From the NCBI GenBank assembly GCA_029856045.1, contig JAHQWG010000028.1:25972-49971 (forward strand): a stretch of 24,000 bases of DNA, written 5' to 3'. The position numbers and the translations under genes were made by a program. Below, piece after piece: positions 1-8,723 of this stretch (its first letter is position 1; every line of letters starts with the position of its first letter). This DNA is from Promethearchaeia archaeon. GTDB lineage: Archaea; Asgardarchaeota; Lokiarchaeia; Sigyniarchaeales; SOKP01. The notes beneath the pieces were generated by a model. That model saw nothing but the letters and a program-made list of their open reading frames with translations. It was not told the DNA's origin and ran no database searches.

Positions 1-244
1 AATTTAAATAGAGAAACTTTCACTTTAAATTTAATTAATACCAAAATGTTTTTAAGTGATAAATGGCTGAGCGGGTATTTTAATAAAATTTAAAAATGCG
101 AATGCCTAATAAAATTTGATTAAAAAAAATTTTTATAATATTCAAATAATTACAATTAAAGAAAATAATCAATAAACACATTGAAAAATTAGAAAAATTA
201 AATTTTTTCATTGAGAGAAACATATTAAGCGAAGGAGAATTGTA

Positions 245-1066
245 GTGATTTACAAAATATTAATTGATATTTCTCATAATGAACAAGTAGAGAGCTTCCC
301 AGACGCTTTTAATGAAGATGATTTTATCATTGAGTTTATAAATAAGAATGAGGGACCGCTAACTTATGATATGTTAGAGGATTTTGATCTCTTAATTTTA
401 GGGAATATTCAACACAGTAAGAACAATAAAGATGATAAATTTACTCCTGAAGAATTAAAAGCCATAAAAGAATTTGTTGGAAAGGGAGGAAGTTTATTAG
501 TAACAACCGGAGCTGGAGGAGATAAAGATATGTCAATCAAACAGGGATCTATTAGAGTTCTTTATAAACTAACTGGTGTGAAAAAATACTGGAATGGAGT
601 GATACGATATCCTAAAAGAAATTCTATTATTGATAATGTCAATTTAAAAATTGATACTATATTTCAACATCCCATTACAGACGGTGTTAGTCGATTAATA
701 TTAGGTAATTGTACATTCTTTTCCATTACGGAAGATGCCGAAGATATAATAACAACATCTGAAAATGCATCATTTGAGTATTTTGATCTAAAAGAAATTG
801 ATGAGATTGGACAAGTTCCCATTTGTGTTATTTCTGAATTTTACAATGGACGAGTGGTAACTTTAGGATCATCATCAATTTTCTTCGAAGATGATGAAAT
901 CGGGATAGATATAGCGGATAATCATAAATTTCTGGAAAATACCATTAGATGGCTCTGTTTTGACAAAGAAGAAATAATTGTTGAAGAAGAGGATAAGGAG
1001 GAAGAAGAAGATGAAGATGATGAAGAAGAAGAAGAAGAGGATTTTGAGGAAGATTCTTTTTTTTAA
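245..1066 (+). CDS. Hypothetical protein, possibly DUF4350 / class-I glutamine-amidotransferase-like fold, with poly-acidic C-terminal tail
   Basis: 273-aa ORF with a GTG start ~8 nt after a GGAGA motif. 'ILIDISHNE' and 'FDLLILGN...EELKAIKEFVGKGGSLLV' resemble DUF4350/GATase1-like proteins (weak, from memory). The last ~30 residues are almost all E/D and end in DSFF. Confidence 0.4.
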   Translation: MIYKILIDISHNEQVESFPDAFNEDDFIIEFINKNEGPLTYDMLEDFDLLILGNIQHSKNNKDDKFTPEELKAIKEFVGKGGSLLVTTGAGGDKDMSIKQGSIRVLYKLTGVKKYWNGVIRYPKRNSIIDNVNLKIDTIFQHPITDGVSRLILGNCTFFSITEDAEDIITTSENASFEYFDLKEIDEIGQVPICVISEFYNGRVVTLGSSSIFFEDDEIGIDIADNHKFLENTIRWLCFDKEEIIVEEEDKEEEEDEDDEEEEEEDFEEDSFF

Positions 1067-1139
1067 ATTAAATTTATTTTAAGAATATTTTATTATTTTT
1101 ATAAAATACTTAACAAAATTATATTTTATTTTTTTTAAA

Positions 1140-2252
1140 ATGATATTTAAATTAAGACGACCTGACGCCGATATAGCTTGGAAAAATCCAGAAATATTTA
1201 AGAGATTCTCAAGATATCATGGAATTATTGATAATACGCAAACTGCAAGATATATTATAGCAAAAACTGTAGAATGTGATTTTAATTCAGATGATTCAAT
1301 AGAAAATCTCGAAAAACTATTAAAACAAAAATCTAAAGAATTTAAAAAAATTTTAAATGAAGATATTAATTCACAAAGGAATCGCAAAATTCAGGAGAAA
1401 TCTTACATACACTTATCTGAAACGATTGCTTATAAATATCTTGAAGATTGTAAATTTTGTGAGAGAAGATGCGGTGTTAATAGAATTCAAGGCGAAAAAG
1501 GATTTTGTCAGCTAGATAAGGATATATTTGTTTCTTCTGCTTTTTTACATTGGGGAGAAGAATCGGTATTAGTGCCGAGTGGAACTATTTTTTTTACTGG
1601 ATGCAATTTTGGATGCGTCTTTTGCCAGAATTATGATATATCTAACGCTTGGAAAGGTCGAAGAAAAATTGAAGATATCGCCCAAAAAGTTGATGGGAAA
1701 AGTTTAGCTGCAATTGCACAAAAATTGGTAGAAAATGGTGGAATTAATGTGAATTGGGTTGGAAGTGATCCTATCCCGTGCCTACATCTCATTCTTGAAT
1801 CACTGCTATATCAGAATATAAACATAACGCAATTATGGAATTCTAATTTTTATTTAACGGAAGAATCTTTGGATTTAATCATAGATTTTATGGATTTTTG
1901 GCTACCTGATTTAAAATATGGAAATAATAAATGTGCAGAAAAATATTCTGGGATAAAGAACTATTGGGAGGTTTTAACAAGGAATCTCAAAAAAATTCAC
2001 GAAGATGGCAGTGGAGAGATTATAATTCGCCATTTGGTTATGCCTAACCATGTTGAATGTTGTTCCAAACCAATTTTAGATTTTATTGCTAAAGAAGTTC
2101 CAAAATCAGTCGTGAATATCATGGGGCAGTTTAGACCAGAATATAAATCTAATCAATATCCCGAAATCAATCGAAGACCAACTTCAAGTGAAATACAACA
2201 AGTTAAAAAATATGCAGATAAGTTAGATATTCTTTATGAACCAGTATCCTAA
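1140..2252 (+). CDS. Radical SAM protein, PflX / pyruvate formate-lyase-activase-like family
   Basis: Canonical CX3CX2C cluster 'TGCNFGCVFCQN'. An upstream Cys-rich 'CKFCERRCGVNRIQGEKGFCQ' is typical of PflX-like (COG1313) proteins. 370-aa ORF with no competing frame. Confidence 0.75.
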   Translation: MIFKLRRPDADIAWKNPEIFKRFSRYHGIIDNTQTARYIIAKTVECDFNSDDSIENLEKLLKQKSKEFKKILNEDINSQRNRKIQEKSYIHLSETIAYKYLEDCKFCERRCGVNRIQGEKGFCQLDKDIFVSSAFLHWGEESVLVPSGTIFFTGCNFGCVFCQNYDISNAWKGRRKIEDIAQKVDGKSLAAIAQKLVENGGINVNWVGSDPIPCLHLILESLLYQNINITQLWNSNFYLTEESLDLIIDFMDFWLPDLKYGNNKCAEKYSGIKNYWEVLTRNLKKIHEDGSGEIIIRHLVMPNHVECCSKPILDFIAKEVPKSVVNIMGQFRPEYKSNQYPEINRRPTSSEIQQVKKYADKLDILYEPVS

Positions 2253-2443
2253 ATTTTAGTTGAAGAGAATTCAAAAAATTTTAATAATATTTATCAAATG
2301 TGTTTAATCTATTATCTCTTTCGGGATAAATATAACTTAAACCCAAAATTTAAAAAATAATGGAAAATTTTTCTTAGTAACACGTATTTATTTCTTAAAA
2401 CATAGAAAATATTTAAGACATATGTTAATTTGGAGAGATTCCT

Positions 2444-3580
2444 ATGAGCTTTGAATTGAAAGATATTAAAGGGTTAGGTATAAAAAGTGTCGAAAAACTG
2501 AAAGCAGGTGGTATTGAATCTGTTGAAAAATTGGCTCAATTAAGCGTTGAAGAGTTATCTAAAGTCGAAGGAATTGGAAAGAGTAGTGCAAAAAAATATA
2601 TTGAAGGTGCAAAAATTTTATTAAACTCCAGCAAAGAAAAATCTATAAGTGAAACTGAAGAAAAGAATAAAATAGATGAAGAACAAGAATTAATTGCTGA
2701 GAAAGAGAAGGATGCTCAAGAAGAACTAAAAAAATTGGAAAAAAAAAGAGAAAAGCTGAAAGAACAATCTGTTAAAAAAGGTGATTTTGTTCTTGTAAAA
2801 ATGACCGGTCGTACAGATAAGGGACATATATTTCAAGTTAGTAGCCCTGAAGATGCAAAAAAAGCAGGAATTTATGATGAAAAGAAAGATAAACAAGGAT
2901 TTTATACACCAGAATTTGTAATAGTTGGAAAACCTGGATTTGTAATTGATGGTATAAATGAAACTTTAGAAACTATGAAGTTTTTTGAAAAAAGGTCCAT
3001 TAGAATACCTCCAACTAAAGCATTTGGAAAGCGAGAATCTCAAAAAATTGATCGTATGGCAATTCAAAGATTTAAAAAATTAAATGAAGGAAAACCTCCA
3101 GAGCTTGGACAAACGTTTGTGAATAAAAAAGGACAAAGAGGTACTGTCACACGTATTGTTCAAGGACGTGTAATTATTGACTACAACCACCCTCTTGCAG
3201 GTCAGACTCTTGAATATAATTTAGAAGTCATTGATAAAATAGAAGAATTTGATAAAAAATTAGCACGTTTTATTGAATTAAGAATGCCGGGAGCAAAAGC
3301 TGATCAATTCAAAATAAAATTTGAGCCTAAGAAAAAGTCAATTGAAATTGAAATACCTCAAATGCATCAGTTTAGTCAAGGTCTTTTAATGTTTAAATTT
3401 GGATTGTCAATGGATCTACAAAATAACTTAGATGGAATGATTGATATTGTTAAATTTATAGAGGTTTTTGAAAAGCCAAAAATTCCAGAAACCCCTACAC
3501 CTGAGCCAGAACATGATCATAACCATGAACACAACCATGATGACAATAAAAGTGAAGAATCAAATAAAGAAAAGAAATAG
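2444..3580 (+). CDS. FKBP-type peptidyl-prolyl cis-trans isomerase (SlyD-like) with N-terminal helix-hairpin-helix domain and His-rich tail
   Basis: N-terminal HhH repeats 'GLGIKSVEKLKAGGIESVEKL...VEGIGKSSAKKYIEGA', followed by a K/E-rich linker. FKBP core 'GDFVLVKMTGRT..GHIF' and 'IDYNHPLAGQTLEYNLEVIDK'. C-terminal 'EPEHDHNHEHNHDD' resembles the SlyD metal-binding tail. GGAGAG lies before the ATG. Confidence 0.8.
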   Translation: MSFELKDIKGLGIKSVEKLKAGGIESVEKLAQLSVEELSKVEGIGKSSAKKYIEGAKILLNSSKEKSISETEEKNKIDEEQELIAEKEKDAQEELKKLEKKREKLKEQSVKKGDFVLVKMTGRTDKGHIFQVSSPEDAKKAGIYDEKKDKQGFYTPEFVIVGKPGFVIDGINETLETMKFFEKRSIRIPPTKAFGKRESQKIDRMAIQRFKKLNEGKPPELGQTFVNKKGQRGTVTRIVQGRVIIDYNHPLAGQTLEYNLEVIDKIEEFDKKLARFIELRMPGAKADQFKIKFEPKKKSIEIEIPQMHQFSQGLLMFKFGLSMDLQNNLDGMIDIVKFIEVFEKPKIPETPTPEPEHDHNHEHNHDDNKSEESNKEKK

Positions 3581-3676
3581 ATTTATTTGGTCATTTAAAC
3601 AATTATTAATAACCTAATTTGTTTTATAAACTCAAAAGATTATATTTATTTTAGAATTATTTTAAGGATATCAGTA

Positions 3677-4528
3677 ATGGGCAAAAGAATAACCTCTTTT
3701 TACTCGAAACATAAAGGAGTTTCAGATACTGCAAAAAAAATCAATCGGATTTGGGAAAAACATATACGAAAGGCATCAAAAGAGATAAGGAGATTATATA
3801 AATCAGCACCGATCAAAGAGGAACGCCAAGAAATTATCGAGGATGTTCACAAGAAGGGTTATAAGGTATTTGATCTTCATATCCATACATATATTAGCGA
3901 TGGTAATGAGAGTCCGCAATCAGTCGTAGATTATGCAATAGATATCGGACTTGATGGAATAGCAATAACAGATCATAATGCAATAAGAGGTGGAAAATTA
4001 GCTCAGCAATACGTAAAAGAGAAAGAGTATAATTTTATGGTGTTTCCTGCAGAAGAGATATCTTCGCGCGAAGGGCACATTGTTGCATATTGGGAGGAAT
4101 TTCCTGAAAAAAAGATTAAAGCGGGTCTTTCTGCTGTCGAAACTTGTAAAAAGATTCATGATATGGGCGGAATAGCAGTAGCTGCTCATCCCTTTGGACC
4201 CCATGGTGTTTCAGACCCGGAATTATTAACCACTCTTTTTGATGCATTGGAGATAAATTCTCGTTCTACAGCAGGTTCAGATTCTTTAGCAAAAGACTTT
4301 GCAGAGGCACAAAAAATTGCCTACACAGGTGGAAGTGATGCACATTTAATTCAATCAATTGGTTGTGGATGCACAATTACTAAAGAACCAGTGATTAAAA
4401 CTTCAGATTTATATGAGTTAATTGTGAAGAATAAAACAGATGTTTTAGTTACACCAATGTGGGTGGAAATAATTACATATCTTGAAGAATTGGCAGAAGA
4501 TTATGAAGAAGGATTAATTCAAGATTAA
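3677..4528 (+). CDS. PHP-domain metal-dependent phosphoesterase
   Basis: PHP signature 'DLHIHTYISDGNESPQSVVDYAIDIGLDGIAITDHNAI'. Later metal-ligand motifs 'VAAHPFG' and 'GGSDAH'. Confidence 0.8.
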   Translation: MGKRITSFYSKHKGVSDTAKKINRIWEKHIRKASKEIRRLYKSAPIKEERQEIIEDVHKKGYKVFDLHIHTYISDGNESPQSVVDYAIDIGLDGIAITDHNAIRGGKLAQQYVKEKEYNFMVFPAEEISSREGHIVAYWEEFPEKKIKAGLSAVETCKKIHDMGGIAVAAHPFGPHGVSDPELLTTLFDALEINSRSTAGSDSLAKDFAEAQKIAYTGGSDAHLIQSIGCGCTITKEPVIKTSDLYELIVKNKTDVLVTPMWVEIITYLEELAEDYEEGLIQD

Positions 4529-4670
4529 ATTTTTTATTCATTTTAAAAAAATCATTTTATCATTTATCTGGTAGAAATAAAATCGAATATTTAATAAATG
4601 TTAAATAACTGTTTCAATCTTTAAATAAATGATAAATTTAAATAAAGATTTTATCTTATAACTTCATAGA

Positions 4671-5558
4671 ATGCAACAAAAAAGGGTTATACTTAGCGCA
4701 GAGACATCTCATGAAGTTATTAAAATATTCATTGAGCATTTACAAAAACTTGATATTGACTTACAAATTTATAATCCGATTAGTAGCCCCCAAGATTTGG
4801 AAAATAATCAAATTTTCAATTATAAATGCGATTTATTACTAGTTAAAGTTCATAATGATACCTCGATTGACTTTTTACATTATGCAAAACTTCACAATAT
4901 TCCTACATTAAATAATATCGATGCAGTTCTTAATGTTAAAAATAAAGTTTCTTTAGATTATAGCTTGCGTGCTATTTTTAATAAATATAATTTTGAAAAC
5001 ATTCGTTTACCTAAGTCTTGGACATACTACTTTTATAAGATAAAACCCTTTAAAAAATGGATTCAGGAAAAACTTCCTATTGTCATAAAATCTCATTATC
5101 AGCACGAAAAAATGCTACGATTTAATTATTTAATTAGAGATATTAGCGAGATCAAAATGCTTGTTCGAAAGCATATGCTATTTCTTAATTATGATGTCTA
5201 TATACAAGAATTTATAGACTCTGATGGAATTGATAATAAAATTTACGTAATTGGAGATAAAGTATTTGGAATAAAAAGACCGAGCCCAATTTTTATTTAT
5301 AAAAAATACTCAGCTCAATATATTGATACAAAAAAATTAGAACGAGAACAATATGATCCTCCACCAGAATTAATTGAATTAACTCAGATCTTAAGAAAAG
5401 AACTTAAAATGGATTTTTTTGGATTTGATTTACTAAAATCAAATCGAGATGGCAATTATTATATTGTTGATGTAAATGATTTTCCAGGTTATAGAGGTAT
5501 TAAAGGAGCCGGGAAAATAATGGCAGATTATGTAAAAAATTACTTGGAAATTGATTGA
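4671..5558 (+). CDS. ATP-grasp kinase, inositol-1,3,4-trisphosphate 5/6-kinase (ITPK1)-like
   Basis: 'YIQEFIDSDGIDNKIYVIGDKVFGIKRPS' and 'FFGFDLLKSNRDGNYYIVDVNDFPGYRGI' track the ITPK1 motifs 'VVQEFINH..YKVFVVG....QRPS' and 'LFGIDII.....AVIDINAFPGYEGV' (recalled from memory). Confidence 0.6.
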   Translation: MQQKRVILSAETSHEVIKIFIEHLQKLDIDLQIYNPISSPQDLENNQIFNYKCDLLLVKVHNDTSIDFLHYAKLHNIPTLNNIDAVLNVKNKVSLDYSLRAIFNKYNFENIRLPKSWTYYFYKIKPFKKWIQEKLPIVIKSHYQHEKMLRFNYLIRDISEIKMLVRKHMLFLNYDVYIQEFIDSDGIDNKIYVIGDKVFGIKRPSPIFIYKKYSAQYIDTKKLEREQYDPPPELIELTQILRKELKMDFFGFDLLKSNRDGNYYIVDVNDFPGYRGIKGAGKIMADYVKNYLEID

Positions 5559-5606
5559 ATTCTCTAAAGAAATAGAATATATTCAGCATTATACTTGTTT
5601 GGAAAA

Positions 5607-5918
5607 TTATTCTGACTTTTTCTTTAAGTCAATATATTCTCCATCCATAATGCGGGCTATATAGCGCCGCCCTTTGATAATCCACATAATTTTATGGCCT
5701 TCTCTTGCTTTTTGCCCCCATTGCGATTTCTTTCTGCGATTTTGTTCAATATATCGATAACCAAAAATATCCACATATTTTACGCCGCTACTTGAAAATT
5801 TCTTTATTGGATATTCAATATTTTCGATCTCAACACTCTTTTCTCCTTCAAATATTGCGTTAAATATTTTAAACCCATTTACTTCCAAATTTTTCATTAT
5901 ACCTAAACTCAACTTCAA
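5607..5918 (-). CDS. Hypothetical small basic protein
   Basis: 103-aa ORF, co-directional with and 61 nt downstream of the SBBP-repeat gene. I recognise no motif. The true start may be the internal Met of 'MKNLEVNG'. Confidence 0.35.
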   Translation of the reverse strand: MKLSLGIMKNLEVNGFKIFNAIFEGEKSVEIENIEYPIKKFSSSGVKYVDIFGYRYIEQNRRKKSQWGQKAREGHKIMWIIKGRRYIARIMDGEYIDLKKKSE

Positions 5919-5979
5919 GTAGATAATATTATTGGATCAAATTTATTTCATATCTTATTGATTTCAAGAATTGTTTTTT

Positions 5980-6287
5980 TCAAATTTTTCCTTTATCTTG
6001 TTTTTCCCAATCAGCATAAGTATCTAATAATGTATCTATTACGCTATCGATATCACTAGTAGCAGAAAATATGAATTTATTTCCTTCCATTTTTCCATCT
6101 AACGAGCTGCTTCCAACTAAATCATAAACAAACAATCTTAATTTTTCAATATCTTTATTCATCTGTTTAGAAAGATATTTCAAATCTATTTCTCCATTTG
6201 TTTTTGCCATTCCTCTTAGAATGTTTTTTAAATCTACCTTTCCCTCTGTTTCTCTAATTGAAGTATAATACTTCTCATCTTTAACTC
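5980..6287. repeat. Copy A of a ~310-nt dispersed direct repeat (3' coding end of the SBBP gene)
   Basis: Aligns by eye, base for base, with 7802-8110 with scattered substitutions and a 1-codon indel. Both copies start at the stop codon ('tcaaatttttcctttatcttgtttttcccaatcagcata'). Confidence 0.85.
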
Positions 6288-7656
6288 TTTTCTTCTTAGA
6301 AACCTTCACTACTACATAACCAATCCCAATAACTATACCAAAGATTACCATAACTGTTATGATAAATATGAGTTCTGAAGGAATTCCATCCGAATCAATT
6401 TCACCCCCACCGTCATCCGTACCAATACTAAATTTCAAAAGAAATAAATAACTCCATTCATCATCCTGATCCTGTGTTGTTCCTACGACATAAATGTTAT
6501 CAGAAGAATCAATTGCTACTCCATATCCAGTATCTTTATCACTTTCACCCCATGTTTTATACCACTCTTGATCTCCTGAACTATTATATTTAATTAAAAC
6601 CATGTTATTACCTGGACCAACACCGAAACTACATGATAATCCCACGACATAAACATTGTCAAGAGAATCAACTTTTACTCCATATCCTTCATCGTAATGA
6701 ATTCCGCCCCATGTCTTATTCCATTCATGATTACCTGCATTGTTATATTTTACAAGCAAGATATAATAATCGCCCGTACCAGGAACTCCAGTTGATTCTA
6801 CGACATAAATATTATCAGAAGAATCAACTGCTACTCCGTATCCATATTCATCATTACTTCCGCCCCATGTTTTATTCCACTCTTGTACTCCTAAACTGTT
6901 ATATTTCACAAAAACTACATCACGCTGTTCCTCACCTGTACTCTGGGTATATCCAACAATATAAATGTTATCAGAAGAGTCAATCGCTATTCCCTCCCCT
7001 ATATAAGTATTTACTCCACCACACGTTCTATTCCACTCTTGTATTCCTAAACTATTGTATTTTACAAGAACTATATCAAAACCTCCCACACTGAAACTAC
7101 TTGTAATTCCCACGATATAAATATTATCGGAAGAGTCAACTGCTATTCCGCCACCATACTCATATCCACTTCCACCCCACGTTCTATTCCATTCTTGTAT
7201 TCCTAAACTATTGTATTTTACAAGAACTATATCATAACCTCCCACACCGAAACTACTTGTTCTTCCTACGATATAAATATTATCAGAAGAATCAATTACC
7301 AATTCACATCCCGAATCGTGTTGATTTCCGCCCCATGTACTATTCCACTCTTGTGTTCCTGAACTGTTATATTTCGCAAGAACCATATCCCAATCTCCCA
7401 GCGTCTCGGTTCTTCCAACAACGTAAATATTATCAAAAGAATCAATTGCTACTCCATATCCATAGTCATCGTTACCTCCGTTCCAGGTTTCTTCCCATTC
7501 TAAAACCATTGAATTACTTATAGATGGAATAATTAATGTAGTTATATTACTTGTTTGTAAATAAAAACCAAAATATAAGCTTGGAAATATAATAAAAATC
7601 AAAAATAATGAAAGAGATATGCTCATTATTAAATTCGTAATTTTCTTCTTTAGCAA
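5980..7656 (-). CDS. Surface-exposed SBBP-type beta-propeller repeat protein with C-terminal TM helix and cytosolic winged-helix-like tail
   Basis: N-terminal signal/anchor 'MLKKKITNLIMSISLSLFLIFIIF'. Seven ~52-aa repeats 'EWN.TWGG....G.G.A.DSSDNIYVVG.T......D..LVKYNS.G.Q'. TM helix 'LIFIITVMVIFGIVIGIGYVVV' is followed by 'KVSKKKRVK' (positive-inside). A ~100-aa tail is shared with the neighbouring gene. Confidence 0.75.
   Translation of the reverse strand: MLKKKITNLIMSISLSLFLIFIIFPSLYFGFYLQTSNITTLIIPSISNSMVLEWEETWNGGNDDYGYGVAIDSFDNIYVVGRTETLGDWDMVLAKYNSSGTQEWNSTWGGNQHDSGCELVIDSSDNIYIVGRTSSFGVGGYDIVLVKYNSLGIQEWNRTWGGSGYEYGGGIAVDSSDNIYIVGITSSFSVGGFDIVLVKYNSLGIQEWNRTCGGVNTYIGEGIAIDSSDNIYIVGYTQSTGEEQRDVVFVKYNSLGVQEWNKTWGGSNDEYGYGVAVDSSDNIYVVESTGVPGTGDYYILLVKYNNAGNHEWNKTWGGIHYDEGYGVKVDSLDNVYVVGLSCSFGVGPGNNMVLIKYNSSGDQEWYKTWGESDKDTGYGVAIDSSDNIYVVGTTQDQDDEWSYLFLLKFSIGTDDGGGEIDSDGIPSELIFIITVMVIFGIVIGIGYVVVKVSKKKRVKDEKYYTSIRETEGKVDLKNILRGMAKTNGEIDLKYLSKQMNKDIEKLRLFVYDLVGSSSLDGKMEGNKFIFSATSDIDSVIDTLLDTYADWEKQDKGKI
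6426..7509. repeat. Seven tandem ~156-nt coding repeats (SBBP beta-propeller blades)
   Basis: The period is 52 codons. Adjacent units at ~7024-7105 and ~7180-7261 are nearly identical at DNA level ('acgttctattcca.tcttgtattcctaaactattgtattttacaagaactatatca.aacctcccaca'). Confidence 0.85.
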
Positions 7657-7801
7657 ATCTCTACCCTTTTACTAACTAATTTAAATATATAAAATATAAT
7701 TTTTAATGTATTTAAGTTTATTACCATCAAATCTACATCTTTACATTTAAGTATAAAAAAAATTATATACATGCAAATAATTGAAAGGAAAATCAATCTA
7801 T

Positions 7802-8110
7802 TCAAATTTTTCCTTTATCTTGTTTTTCCCAATCAGCATAACTGTCTAATAGAGTATCTATTGCGTTTTCGATATCAATAGAATCGGATAATATGAATTT
7901 ATTTCCCTCCATTTTTCCATCTAATGAACTACTTCCAACCAAATCATAAACAAACAACCGTAATTTTTCAATATCTTTATTCATTTGTTTAGAAAGATAT
8001 TTCAAATCGATTTCTCCAGTTGTTTTTACCATTCCTCTTAAGATGTTTTTTAAATCGACCTTTCCCTCAGTGTCTCTAATTGAGGTATAATATTCCTCCT
8101 TTCTAACTCG
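7802..8110. repeat. Copy B of the ~310-nt dispersed direct repeat (3' coding end of the two-TM gene)
   Basis: See copy A. The encoded tails are identical at roughly nine in ten residues by eye. Confidence 0.85.
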
Positions 8111-8335
8111 TACATTTTTTTGGAGCTTACGTTCAATCAGTTCAAATGGTATCATAATTATCAGCAAAAGGATTATATAAGCTATTATGTATGTATACAT
8201 TTGCTGGATAATACTCAAAATTATACAAATAATAAATGTTACACAAATAATTCCCCCTATAGACTCATAAATAACTCTTACAGCTTTCTCCTTTGGGGTA
8301 TAATCCCTAAATTTTACTTTGAAGTCTTTAGACAT
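7802..8335 (-). CDS. Small two-TM membrane protein with cytosolic PCI/DDRGK-type winged-helix-like domain
   Basis: Two hydrophobic helices, 'IGGIICVTFIICIILSIIQQ' and 'YIIAYIILLLIIMIPFELI'. The rest is 'EEYYTSIRDTEGKVDLKNILRGM...GEIDLKYLSKQMNKDIEKLRLFVYDLVGSSSLDGKMEGNKFIL...ADWEKQDKGKI', near-identical to the tail of the 5980-7656 protein. Confidence 0.7.
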   Translation of the reverse strand: MSKDFKVKFRDYTPKEKAVRVIYESIGGIICVTFIICIILSIIQQMYTYIIAYIILLLIIMIPFELIERKLQKNVRVRKEEYYTSIRDTEGKVDLKNILRGMVKTTGEIDLKYLSKQMNKDIEKLRLFVYDLVGSSSLDGKMEGNKFILSDSIDIENAIDTLLDSYADWEKQDKGKI

Positions 8336-8723
8336 GATTTTACCATAGAATTTAATTTATTAAATCTATTAATAATTAATAATGATTTCTCTGTTTTACT
8401 ATATATATTTTGATAGTGTCATGCAAAAATTTTTTTAAGTTCCAATGAGCGAAGATAAGTTAGGAACATTCACATTTAATTGAATATATAATCTCCTTGT
8501 CCTTTTTTCATAAATGTAAAAATAATTTAAATCATAAAAACTCTTAAATTTATCAAATTTAAGATAACTTTTACATTACTAAATAATATTTAATTTTATG
8601 ATTATTATTACTCAATGAGATCATATATTTAAAGAAAAAAGGTGCATGTATTTATTAGATTTGTTTTATTAAATTTATATTGAATTTAATGTAATTTTCA
8701 AAAACATTTACAAACGAGTTCCA

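Noticed and set aside
1-244. Possible small RNA or tRNA in the 5' leader (locally G+C-richer 'ggctgagcgggta')
   Set aside because: The segment is too short and has no cloverleaf-compatible stems or conserved tRNA boxes. No supporting inverted repeats were found by eye.
3998-4204. 68-aa minus-strand ORF
   Set aside because: It lies entirely within the PHP phosphoesterase gene on the opposite strand and has no motif or start-site support.
6426-7509. Regular ~156-nt periodicity, possibly a CRISPR array or satellite
   Set aside because: The units are contiguous with no spacers and sit in frame within one ORF. They encode recognisable beta-propeller blades. No cas genes or short palindromic repeats are present.
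6633-7523. Long + strand ORFs (6633-7094, 7257-7523) inside the SBBP gene
   Set aside because: They lie antisense to a well-supported 558-aa repeat protein. Their products are repetitive low-complexity strings (YYQKNQLLLHI...) that mirror the repeat period, so they are shadow ORFs created by the tandem repeats.
8120-8413. 97-aa + strand ORF
   Set aside because: It lies antisense to the two-TM/WH-tail gene, and its product is low-complexity N/Y/I-rich sequence typical of an AT-rich shadow frame.
8336-8723. TATA/BRE promoter calls in the divergent intergenic region (e.g. 'tttatatt' at 8674-8681)
   Set aside because: In DNA this AT-rich, TATA-like octamers occur every few tens of bases. Without transcript 5' ends the calls would not be meaningful.
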